DNA from: Lytechinus pictus
Lineage: Eukaryota
Assembly: GCF_037042905.1 (NCBI RefSeq)
Contig: NC_087251.1
Span: 7,752,001 to 7,816,000, forward strand
Length of the DNA stretch: 64,000 nucleotides
Reading direction: 5' to 3'
The notes under the pieces are model-generated. The model saw only the letters and a program-made list of their open reading frames with translations. It was not told where the DNA came from and did no database searches. The position numbers and the translations under genes were made by a program. Below, in pieces: positions 50,201 through 62,205 of this stretch (position 1 is its first letter; every line of letters starts with the position of its first letter).

Positions 50201-53200
50201 CAGTTCACTCTTGTCATCTGCAAAAGGAAAAACATTTCATGTTCAACCTTGGGAAGTTTGCCCTTCCTTTTCATTCCTTTCTTTTAGCTTTGCGGTATAT
50301 TTCATTCACGCTGGTACACTAAAGATTATTTAAAATATCATATAAAATCAAGAAAACAAGAAGTTTTGACATTATTGTTTTCTGTTCTCTCTCTCTCTCT
50401 CTTTGCAGCTCAGAACATAGCCAAACAAAAATGCATGATAATCGACAGATCTGGATGAAAAGGGTGCATAAAGTATACTTCAATTCGAATGAAACAATGT
50501 GTCCTTTCGTCCTTCTCTTATTGTTGATTCGAAGTATCATGACGAAATAAGTATTGATTACATAATTTATAACGAAATTCGAGATAGTTGATAACATGTG
50601 TGACCTGACTATCTTTTTTCTCTGAACTTTGATGAAGACAAGTATGTTTTGTTGCAGAGGGGTTGCAGACCTGTCATCTGCTCCGAGTTTGTGATTAAAC
50701 TACTACCTTACCATTCTTTCGTATTTCCTCGCCCTTTCTTTCAATCTTCCAACCAAATTCGAATTCAATAATGTAACAAGGGTTTTAATACATAAACCGA
50801 TTTTTAAAGTATCGATATACAGCACATAGATATTTGTTCTTGACCAAATTATGTTTAAATAATTCAAAATCTTGAAAATGATTCTAAGAAAGCAGACAAT
50901 AAGATTAAATTGGCGCATTATTGGATTAAATACCATTATTGATGCGCTCATACAGATAACAAACAACATTTAACTGCTTCTGATATGCAAAAAAAAGCAG
51001 ATTCTATCCTTAACTTGCCCATGACGTCTGTTTTAATATGCATGCATGTGGTTGTCATGACAACAAGGAGAACAATTGGATTTGCTTTAGGTATATAAAA
51101 GTTCTAGACAGGTCCATTAGACCAATCTACCTTGTCTGTCTGTAGTGAACTCAAAATCTCAAATCATGAACCCCTGCACACATAACCACATCATAATATG
51201 CACGAAGAGAAACAGAATACCCTCTTGTACAAAACTCAATAACTCATGTGCAACATAATGGAAACCTGTCGATCTATTTCTGACATAATGTTTGCATTCT
51301 ATTGTCCCTCCACAAAATAGATCGTCAGCTTCTCCAAAACACTTTCCATTGTATTATTTGTCTAGCGTTCTTTATCTCCTCAAACAATCGCCATCTTAAG
51401 ACCCCCAAGTAGTGATATATGCTCATGATTTAAACTCAAAAGGAAACGTTAAAAAAATAAAATCACTTTTTGTTTCAACTGGAAAGCGATCATGCTAATA
51501 CAAAAGATTTTTTTTAACCCGCATTGATCAAATCTACGAAGCCCCAAACCGGACATTTTTGACAACCAAAAAAAAAAAATTATCACGTACGTACGTAGTA
51601 TTATTACGTACGTACGTGATAATTATTACGTACGTACGCAGTATTATTGCGTACGTACGTGATAATTATTACGTACGTACGTGATAATTATTACGTACGT
51701 ACGTGATAATTATTACGTACGTACGCAGTATTATTACGTACGTACGCAGTATTATTACGTACGTACGCAGTATTATTACGTACGTACGTGATAATTATTA
51801 CGTACGTACGCAGTATTATCACGTACGTACGCAGTATTATTACCTATTTAATATTCATGACGACATGCATATCACCATTTTCATAAACTATTGCTAAACT
51901 TTAGAATTAAATAACTTAACTATTTGTTATCAGATTTTCATAAAATTGTATTTGATATAAATATTTTCAGCCCGGAGTAGCCCCAAAACAAGCTGCGTAT
52001 CTGAATAAACATGCGTGCGCGTGTTTAGAGTTAGCCCTTTAGTATCTGGGCGTTGTATATAAATACTTTGTTTTTATTATAAAAATCAATAATGCGAGCG
52101 CGAAGCACGAGCAGAAAATATTTGAAATTCCGATTTGAAAAAGGGTGAATTTAAACACTATTTTAAGTACTGTGTCGGAAAATTCTTAAGGGGGTGGGGG
52201 TCTACAAAACGTCGTTCATTTTCATTACATTTCTGTCATTCATCAACTTACCACTAGATTTCCAGGAGGTGTTGCCTATGGAAAATAACACATGCAGCAC
52301 CCCCACATTTTGGGGTGCTTCACCCCCAGCACCCCCGCTTCCCAGGGCCATGGGGCAGGGCGAAAAAGACTGAAATTTGATTTTTATTGTCTGAATTGTA
52401 ATTCTTTATACAAAACACGGGCTGTCGGGCTCGCCCACACTTGATTCGACATAAAACCCCAAGTTTCAAGTCATGCAACCACACCCTTGTCCCTCCCTGC
52501 TATCGAGTAGTCATGGTAGTGTGTAAACTATAATGGTTATCACGTATCGCGCGCGACTACGTCTGTATCGGCGTGCCGGAGCTTGATTGAGTCGCGTTAC
52601 ATGTTATAGGAGGGATGTTATTGGAATATGTGAAAGACGTTGTATGATTTGCGATTGTCGGATGTGATAATATGTACATTATAACATATATAAAAAATAC
52701 AAAGGGAACCTGATTTCGTGGGGGTGCTGCCTATGGAAAATAATACACGCAGCACCCCCAGGAAAAATTTTGGGGGTGCTTCAGCACCCCCAGCACCCCC
52801 GCGAGTTCCCAGGTCCCTGCTATATAACCCACAATATTCATATGATAACCATTTCATTTGTTCTCGTCATCAGGCTGTGTTTTCAATTAAACCATTCCTT
52901 TCAGAAACTGCTAGAAACACATTGGGGAAAGGACAATTAAAGGCCTATTATGTTAGTGTTTTGGCGAGACAGTTTTTTTCAAAAATGTACCCACACGCGA
53001 CACTGGGATGAGCCCCTATTATTTTACCACCCTTTTGAAATTGCTTCGTTCTCTGCTTAAATTTGAATATGATATGGTATTAATTGATGTAAATTAAGTG
53101 AAGATGTATAGGTGTTTAAAAAAAAGAAAAACTATTTGAAGAGGCTGGTATTTAAAGGGAAATTCTATGCGGGAACAATCAAAGCAGAAGGCCTATTGTA

Positions 53201-55909
53201 GGCCCACATAAAAATTTAAAGCCTGCGGGCTTCGCGCTAGCGCGCGTGATCAGATTTCATGTATGACCTTTTGGGAGATAACATTACGTACGTACGTAAT
53301 AAATACTGCGTACGTACGTGATAATACTGCGTACGTACGTAATAATTATCACGTACGTACGTAATAATACTGCGTACGTACGTGATAATACTGCGTACGT
53401 ACGTAATAATTATCACGTACGTACGTAATAATACTGCGTACGTACGTAATAATACTGCGTACGTACGTAATAATTATCACGTACGTACGTAATAATACTG
53501 CGTACGTACGTGATAATACTGCGTACGTACGTAATAATTATCACGTACGTACGTAATAATACTGCGTACGTACGTAATAATACTGCGTACGTACGTAATA
53601 ATTATCACGTACGTACGTAATAATTATCACGTACGTACGTAATAATACTGCGTACGTACGTAATAATATTACGTACGTACGTAATAATACTGCGTACGTA
53701 CGTGATAATTTTTTTTTTTTTTTGGATGTCAAAAATGTCCGGTTTGGGGCTTCGTACAAATCCGATCTGAGGAGTTCGGCACGCTGCACTCTCACTTGCA
53801 TTCCCCTATATTTCCATACCTTTCTCTCTCTCTCTCTCTCTCTCACTCTCTCTCTCTCTCTCTCTCTCCCTCTCTCGATATTCAATTTCCACTTCCTTTC
53901 CATTTAAAGTTGCTCTTTATCATGATGTATATTCGGAAATAAAGCTGTCAGAAAATATACATTTCAATAGTTCTATATATCGTGACGGATTTGCACACTA
54001 TTCAAATTCTTGTAACAAACTCTTCTTTCAATTTTCAATGCCATACAATAACTTTCAATATTATGACGATCAAAATGATCCAAGGGTACACTTACAACGT
54101 TGTATCTAAAAAAAAAAAAACATTACAACCTCGTCAAATAAGAAGTAATGTATAAATGTGTTACTATGATAGAAATCTGGTCATTTTGATGGACAATTTG
54201 TCATAAAATTGAACCTCATGACTATATAATGTATATATAGATAGATATTTGGCTTCATAGTGTATGATGTTGCCATGACAACATCCTTACTGTGCACCTG
54301 CCAAAAATATCATATTTGTCATAGTATTGTGGTCTCTGAACTACACCAATGGAACATGCTCCATGAAACTTTCCCACATTTATAATGGTTCATCAACACT
54401 AGGAAATTATTGGATCTTTGCAAAAGTTATGCTATGGGTTTTCATAAACAAAAGGTTCAATAACCATGGATTTATTTTATGAATACTATAACCTGGTAAT
54501 CATGGCAGGTAAGTATTTAGGTAAGTGATAAATATTGATATAAATACATGTTGTATCAAGAATATGCAGTCATTGGCATGCTTAGTGAACAAAATAATTT
54601 TCTAGCTAGTAATAATGTGTGCAAATTGTGTTGCAAAACTAAATGCGATAAATCTCTACAAATGACGTGGGCCTCCATTACATGCATATAACAAATCCGG
54701 GGATAACAAACACCTAGTACATTATTTTAATTACACGTTCTTCTAGCAAAAACACCAAGCAATTGAACTAAAAATTAATGATGCAAGATGTGATTGATAT
54801 TTGAGAATGCATGAAAATACTGCATTTTTAAAACTTAAACTTGAATTTGAATTTATTATTTAAAAAAAATTACAGCATAAAAACCGTACATCAAAGAAGT
54901 TTAATGAAATATAATAGCTTACAAGATAATATGAACCTTAAAATAGCATGAATGCTAGTCGGGTCTGGTACCTTTAAATGCTCAAATACAATATATTTGT
55001 CTTGCTGAAAAAAAATAAGATTAATGAAATATACACTTTGTACTCACATAATTAAAGTTGAATATACTATTGACATTAAACTATGATACAAATGAAATTT
55101 ATGTTATAGTATAGTAAGAGTGGATTGACGACTATAAATACATTTAATCTTAAGTTGCTCGCCATTCATTCATTCATCCATTCATTCATTCATTCATTCA
55201 TTTAATAGGAACTCTTCAAGTGCTCTTGTGAAAGAAAACACAGATGGCTTTGTTTTAAATACCAATGGGTAAATCGTTCCACAGAGAACTACCTACATAT
55301 GAAATTGAAAATTTTCATTTGGTTGTTTTAACTTTTAGTGTATAAGTTGTGTTTTCTTTTTGATTAACATATCTATTGTCATAATTACATACATGTACAA
55401 TTTTCAACACATCATTCACATATATAATTATAGTAATTGTAATGCATAATGATACATAGCCTATACAAAATTAAGTAGTCATTGTAGCAGGTTGCTTTGT
55501 AACCATCAACAGGTATATTGATTAGGAACGTATCTGTGTGCGATCATGGTGAAACCGACTTATAACATAAAAACACGAATAGCATGGATTCACATCCAGC
55601 AGGCTAAATAATATACGTTATGTACAATATTCCGCCAAACGTTTGAGCACTATACGAAGTACTGATATAAAAACTGGTATAACGCGTGCCTAGCAACGTC
55701 GAAGAGACACTGGTATGCACGCACTATATCCACACGCTCCAGTAATCCTGTGTACTAAACATTTTCCCTGAATAGAAGTGTATACATGTAAATCCGATAG
55801 AAAGGCAATATCCTATACATGATGCAAAGAGCAAAATATTCATCTACATGATAACAAAACAGAGAATATGGTTGAAGTACCTACCTCCATAGCGTACAGT
55901 TATAAACAT
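47262..55909 (-). CDS. CXorf65/C22orf15-family uncharacterized protein (5 coding exons, 161 aa)
   Basis: Minus-strand exons 55909-55885, 50217-50131, 48946-48830, 48062-47982 and 47437-47262; all introns are phase 1 and GT-AG; start context GCCATG. Protein: MFITVRYGDDKSELFNPNCRNVILLDNIRERCNCDEDDVIDLSDENGSVANLPGHLDDYGKNFLSDRGSFILVRVERDGDEGDDDRITYIPLLQGVDDDKDFLSRLNPKPTKGG...basic tail. It matches the recalled pattern of human CXorf65/C22orf15 (MFIxVxxG..L.NxxC..IDL..ExG..L..R..Y.LVR..Y.PLL). Confidence 0.88.
49032..49637. mobile_element. Kolobok/T2-like MITE
   Basis: TTAA|AGGTCAAGTCCAC...GTGGACGTGTCCT|TTAA, plus a subterminal inverted AAAATTTCATCAAAATCGGATGTAAAATAAGAAAGTTA block. Confidence 0.82.
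49780..50119 (+). repeat. (GAA/GGA)n purine-rich tract
   Basis: Trinucleotide low complexity in intron 2 of the CXorf65-like gene. Confidence 0.88.
51535..53756. mobile_element. Non-autonomous IS3EU-like/foldback element with TACG-rich subterminal tandem arrays
   Basis: 30-bp perfect TIR TACGAAGCCCCAAACCGGACATTTTTGACA, with 6-bp TSD CAAATC (51529-51534 / 53757-53762). Inverted arrays of 21-22 bp units lie at about 51581-51843 and 53283-53710. Confidence 0.88.
53822..53875. repeat. (CT)n microsatellite
   Basis: Seen directly in the sequence. Confidence 0.9.
55164..55203. repeat. (CATT)n microsatellite
   Basis: Seen directly in the sequence. Confidence 0.85.
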
Positions 55910-57335
55910 GGCGAACAGAGTAAGTGGTAGAAATTTATTTTAAAAAAGCTGATCGCGCCAAATAAAAGATACACGTCTAATGGAGTGGTATTGGTAGTTA
56001 ACGGTGAATGAGTGTATAGAGAGTTGGAGTGCGATCGAAGTTAACTGCGTGGTGGTGTTTTGATGATCCGTACCCCTCAGGGCATGACCCATTCACATGC
56101 GGAAGACAAATCGAAGTCAATTCGTTGTTAGAATCTCGAATAACAAAGGGAAAAGGACTTCATCATCTGATGCTCACAAATGTCGCTCATGTGGAACGAA
56201 AATATCGACGTTCATTTTCCTTTGGCGAGATATATAAATTGAATGGGGTTCAAATTAATACATTTTCTTGATATGACAGTGAGATCTGATAAAGGAGAGC
56301 AGGGGACATGGGGAGGGGATTCAAGAGAAGGCAGAACATAATCATTATCGACAATGGTGGATAATATAGCATGTAGCTTTTCTTCTAATTTATTTTATTT
56401 TATTACTTTCAATGTTCACTGTTTCATGATTGTTAAATGTATTTTTATATGTACAGGGCTCCCTCATAAATGAGTTTTTATGTATACTGAAGAGACCACC
56501 CTGTCTAAAGAAAACATAAATAAATATATAAATAAATAGATATATAAATAAATATTCTCGCTTGAACTACGACCCTAAACTACATTAGTTGAACTGTTTA
56601 CACAGAGGGTTTAAAGTGTAAATATAACTGTGTACGGACTTCTTAACACTGATATAATAAACAGATCACTCATATAAGATCTCATTAATGTTTCTTATCA
56701 TTGTAAAAGATAAGCCGCGCGTGATGAATATTAATGGTATCATAGTACAATAGAACCAGTGCATTATATATTTGATAACTTTTGATGTGGTTTCAAAATA
56801 GTATTAATTAGTTCACTGTATCCTTGCTTTTGTCTGTATATCGAAATTCGCATCACCAACTTGGTTTCAATCTCTAGTAAAATATATCAATTCAAAAAAT
56901 CATAACCTGAGGTTTGTGTCTGTCACGTTTGGAAAATTCAAGTAATTTATCAATATTTCTTTGCACAAAAAATCCAGCATAAACTGGGGCGTGCAGTTTG
57001 AAGCATAAAAGGTTGAGAGAGAAAAATAAATAGAGGCAAATAGAGAGAGAGGGGGAGAGAGAGAGAAAGAAAGGGGAAAAGGGAGGGGGAGAGGGGGAAG
57101 TGAGGGGAGAGGAGAATGTGTCATTGATGGTTGAGTGATCATTTCAGATGCCCAGTGCTAGTTGTATTGTGTGTAATGATTTATGCCTAACAATGAAAAG
57201 AAAGTACATGTAGCATGGCATTAACACTTGTTATTGAACCTGAACATTTGTTGGTGCAACTCATTTGTATAAGCATATGTGTGTACTAGTTGCTGCTGTA
57301 CTAGGATAGTGGTAAGAAGACACACCCTCCGACTC

Positions 57336-58778
57336 CAACCGCGTAGCCAGCATTTCATTTTGGAGGGGGCGGTAAACTGAATGCCCGCGAAGCGCGCTCC
57401 CTAGGGGTGGGTGCAGAAGCGCGAAGCTTTCGGTGTTTCATAAATTAAAATGAAAAGGAGCCGTCTCTCTTGTCTCTAGTACCTATATCAGCTCCAATTC
57501 AGTTGACTTTATTGTGATTTTGAACCTTGTTTTCAAAAGTGATTGTGAACGCACAAAAAAGGAACACAAAAATGGCGGAAATTAAAATAATAATAACACC
57601 GCACGAAGCGCGGAAGCTAAAGCGTTTTATCAATTTTTTGCAAAGAAAAGGGTCCCGAGAAAAGGGTATTCTCTAAGATATATTGAATACTTTCCTTGGA
57701 AAGATCAGATTTGATTACAAACAATTTAGCGACAGTGCATATCTTTAACTCCCAAAACAGAGGAGAAGAAGTATATATGCCGAGAGGAAAATATTCCTCC
57801 CCGCGCAGAGCAACGAAACTCTGAAATTTCAAAGGGCGGACGTTTCATCAAATGCAGATAGCTCTAATACCCCATCGGCTCTAATTCAATTGATTTTCTA
57901 AGATTATTGAACTTCATTACAAGGAAAATAGTGCGCAAAAACTTGAAACTTCTGTGATTTATTGAAATTATATAAAAAAGGATGATGTATAATTTCTTTG
58001 ACTTATCCTGAAGCGCTTCATTTTGAATGATAAAGAAACTTAAGTGTCATTCAAAATTTCAAACTGAGGGCGCAAAAAAGGACAGAAGATGAATATGCAG
58101 GGAAATGACATGAAGTTTAATAGAATTTGATAAAAAATATTGTACTTTTTTATTTAATACGACGCGAATTTTATACCTTCCTCTTTTTAAATTAGGAGCA
58201 TGTTTGCCTCAAAATTATGGTTGTTTAGTAATGAGCTGAAAAGCAGGAGAAGTTGCCTATATGGAGGTGACGGCAGAAATTGATATAAAGATTTTACCGC
58301 CCGGAGCCGACCCGACCAGAAGTTGCGCGATCAATAAAAAAAATAATAACTTCGTATACTTCGGCCTAACCTTACACTAATTCCATGTCCTAATGTATAA
58401 ATTTGAACTTTAACTGGCAAAAAACACATATAGCTGAGGTAATTCCATGTCGTAATGTATACATTTGAACTTTAACTGGCAAAAAACACATGTAGCTGAG
58501 GAGGAAACAATGGAGAACTGCAATATTGTCATTGAACCGCGCGCAGCGCAGAAGCAAAATTCATATATAAATTTAGAGCAAGAGTGAAGGAGTTTCTCTT
58601 TTGAGAAAAAAATAAAGAATAAAAAGAAAAAACCCACAAAGCTACCCTTCTTCCCTTTCCTCCATTCGCTTTTCATTTTCTCCCCTATTTTTTCTCTTCT
58701 TTTTTTTTCTTTTAGGGGACTTTTTTTTTGGGGGGGGCGACCGCCCCCACCGCCCCCCCCCCCCTGGCTACGCGCCTG
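57336..58778. mobile_element. Non-autonomous hAT-like element
   Basis: CA(AC)CGCGTAGCCAG...CTGGCTACGCGCCTG with 8-bp TSD TCCGACTC (57328-57335 / 58779-58786). Confidence 0.82.
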
Positions 58779-61030
58779 TCCGACTCTGTCTTGGTGTGCA
58801 GAGGTGCAGATAGCCGACTCAAGCCAAGAGACATGAGAGATGGCTGGTTTATTTTCTGATTTATTTTCGAAAACAAGAAGATGGTACTTTCCTTTGAAAG
58901 GTCTTCTTTATACTTGTAGTTTCCAAGCCCATACCCTACACTACCATCGGTGAGTGATGATTGTTACATTGTTCATGTGACTTTATAAATTGACGTATTT
59001 TGTAGAAGTTTAATTGAGCATTTTGCTCTGTGAAAAGTAGTAAATGTGGCAATAAGATGTTTTGGAAATCTATCAAAGAAGATTTTTTTGTAGGTAGTTT
59101 TTTGTATTCAGTTGCGGTATAAAAGAAGTAATGACTTATAACTATCATGACTATTGTTTAATTCAAGGAAAACATATAGTTTATATCACTCTGTTTGTGC
59201 CTCATTATGTCCTCCAAATGTCAATGAAGTTTGGTCAAGCAATTGGACATTCCAACCAAAATGGCGTCGTGATGAGGACACTCATCCCATTTATGGTGAG
59301 CTGTGTCAATCCAAATTAAACTGATGAACAATGAATCTGTTTGAGGAATAAACTACTTCACAATTTTGAGAGTGATAACGAAGCCAATGAAAAATTTTGT
59401 TAAGTTATGACATTATCCCAAAACGTTATTGTATTAGCCAAGATGTATTACAAAGCCAGTAAAAACGTTACAGATTGATTTTGGTCTGATTATAATGTAT
59501 TTTGGGCCCGGATTTTGGGACTAACAAAGCAGTTATATTGACTCTCCGCATGGAATCTGACATAGATATTTCTGATCCGCATCCATGTTTGTAAGAGGAT
59601 TGAGAATTGGAGAGGATCGTCAATTGAAGTGAGACATGTGGACAGTACAGGTCCACTACTCATAATAAATCTTATGGCAGATAATTTTATTCAGAAAGAA
59701 AATTATCAATTAGAAATTGTAGTGTGGCGAGGAATTACGAGTAACTCGCGTGTTTAATTTAATCTGATGGGATTGTTCTATACCCTAAATCCCAAATTTA
59801 TACTTTTATCGTTGACTTATGAAAATTTGTAAATGTGCGCACATAATATCTGACAACTAGTTAAATGATAATAATGGTCTTTATTGGTACATCAAAAAAC
59901 ATTCGTTGCAGCCAAAGGCTGAATTACAAATGCCAGTACAAGGTAAAAAACATGACATATAAATTGACAAAAAACGCAAATATACAAACAAGGTATATAT
60001 TTTATATGGATAAAACAAATAAATAAATAAATAAAACAGCCAGTCAATATACACAATAAAGATTGGCCTCCATTCGACCTTGCAAAAGTAGCAAGAAACA
60101 TAAATGAGTGGCGATATGGAATTAGGTTGATAAAAAATTAATAAGTACGTGTGGAACGGAAAAAGTAAGAACTGATAATACAGAACTATGTCACCATTGT
60201 GTATGTGGTTGATTTGGATACTAGGATTTTTTTATTTGTGGAGATCGTAAATGGCATGTGTTCGTTATCCTTGTTCTGAATTATATGCGCACCATGTGAC
60301 AGTGTCATTGTTCGAAGTCTTTGACAATGATCAGATGATACTATTCATCAATAAAAAATGCAGGATTTTGCCATGATAACTTGCCACAAGAAATAATGCT
60401 CTTGCCAGGGCGGAGCTGCAGGGGCAGTGGTACACAGGAGGAAAGGCATGGCCGACCGCTTTCGAAAATCATTGAAGTGGTGCAAAAAAGGGGAAGGAGA
60501 AAAAAAAACAGTATCAAAGTTAGGTCTTTGAAAAAGTATTTCAATAATAAATAAAATGCATCATCTTTAGTTCGTCTTTCCTTCGTGTCAAATTACCCCG
60601 GCGGGGCTCTTTTTGCTGTGGATGAAAATACGAGGCAATTTTTCATGTAAGGTTAAGGGTACATGTAAGGTTAAGGGTACATTAAATGTCGTATGATGCT
60701 ACTTTTTATCAACCTGATTTGTGTGCATTACAAAAGCAATTTGGCCATTATTTAGAAGTATTTGTCATTAGTTTTTCTCATGTACAAGACGTATTGATAA
60801 TCTAAGAATAATAGAAATAACTTAATATTTGTATGAAGATTTGTTTATCATAATGTATCTTTATTTGAAAAAAGGATATAGCTCATTATACTGTGTCTCA
60901 TAAACTACTATAACGAATGTCGATCTATATGAGAAATTGTACATGTACAACAGCTTTCGCAACTTTTTTTTCTATTTAGATATGTTGTCAAAGCAATGAA
61001 TGAAGAGAGAACAATGGTAGGCGTAGCTAA

Positions 61031-62205
61031 AGCCCCTTTCACAATTGACGTACGACCTGTTTACGACCGCCTGCAACAGATTTTTCTTGTTGTTGCACGA
61101 TCGATCTCTTGGTGTCTTGCGAGCACTCGCAGTGGTTGTAGACGAACGCACGAATTTGAGGTGGTCGGAGGTGGTCGTGACTGGTCGCATCTGAATCTGA
61201 ACATGTTCAAAATCCAAACGCGATCAAATACGATTGGTTTACTCGCATCAGGTCGTACCATCGGTCGGACGATCATCGTGTGAGTGTTGTTCAACGTTGT
61301 ACGACTTGGTGCGAGAGGTGACACAACTACGTATAGTCGCATTTAGTCGACTGGAGGTCGTACAACACTTGCACATGCGCTAGATACCTACAGAGACCAG
61401 TCTTGCGACTGGTTGCGATAATATAAGACTGTTGCAAGACCGATCGAAATTACGGCTTACAACATTCCACTACCGTTGCATTCGCATGTATGCGACCGTA
61501 CAGCCCCTTTCACAATTGACATCCGACCAGTTTACGACCGCCTGCAACAGTTTTTTTCTGCTGTTGCACGATCGATCTCTTGGTGACTTGCGAGCACTCG
61601 CAGTCGTTGTAGACGGTCGCACGAACTCGAGGTGGTCGTGACTGGTCACATCTGAACTTTGAACATGTTCAAAATCCGAACGCGATCAAATACGACCGAT
61701 TCACTCGCATCAGCTCGTATCCGGGGTCGTACCATCGGTCGGGCGATCATCGTGGGAGTGTTGTTCAACGTTGCACGACTTGGTGCGAGAGGTGGCACAA
61801 CTAAGTAGTCGCATTTACTCGACTGGAGGTCGTACAACACTTGCACATGTGCTAGCGACCTACATGTACAGAGACCTGTCTTGCGACTGGGTGCGATAAT
61901 ATGATGTGCCATAAGACTGTTGCAAGACCGATCGCAACGGCTTACAACATTGCACTACCGTTGTGTGCGACCGTTCCCCTCGCAATCCCTCGTGCAACAC
62001 TCGCATGTGATCGCACGAGCACAATAGGATCATAATCGACTTACTCGTGCAACGGGTTTTACTGGTTGTTTTTGTTGTACGACAGCTGTTGCAACTGTGA
62101 AAGCCTATGTGCGATATTATGAGATGACTGGCGATTGATGCCTGTTGCAGCCTGTCGCACGACCAAAAGGTCGCAAGTGGTCGTACGTCAATTGTGAAAG
62201 GGGCT
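61031..62205. mobile_element. Harbinger-like TIR element with internal tandem duplication
   Basis: TIR AGCCCCTTTCACAATTGACGTACGACC...GGTCGTACGTCAATTGTGAAAGGGGCT. A second left-TIR copy starts at 61502. Confidence 0.8.

Noticed and set aside
50712..50760. Minus-strand ATG|GTAAGG as first exon of the CXorf65-like gene
   Set aside because: A phase 0 donor is incompatible with the phase 1 exon at 50217. The exon at 55909-55885 gives the family-typical MFITVRYG start.
51581..53710. TACG-rich arrays as a CRISPR-like array or as coding repeats (ITYVRS ORFs)
   Set aside because: There are no unique spacers and no cas genes, and the context is a eukaryotic intron. The arrays are the inverted subterminal arms of a TSD-flanked transposon.
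59468..59662. Short minus-strand ORFs
   Set aside because: No recognisable homology or supporting splice structure.
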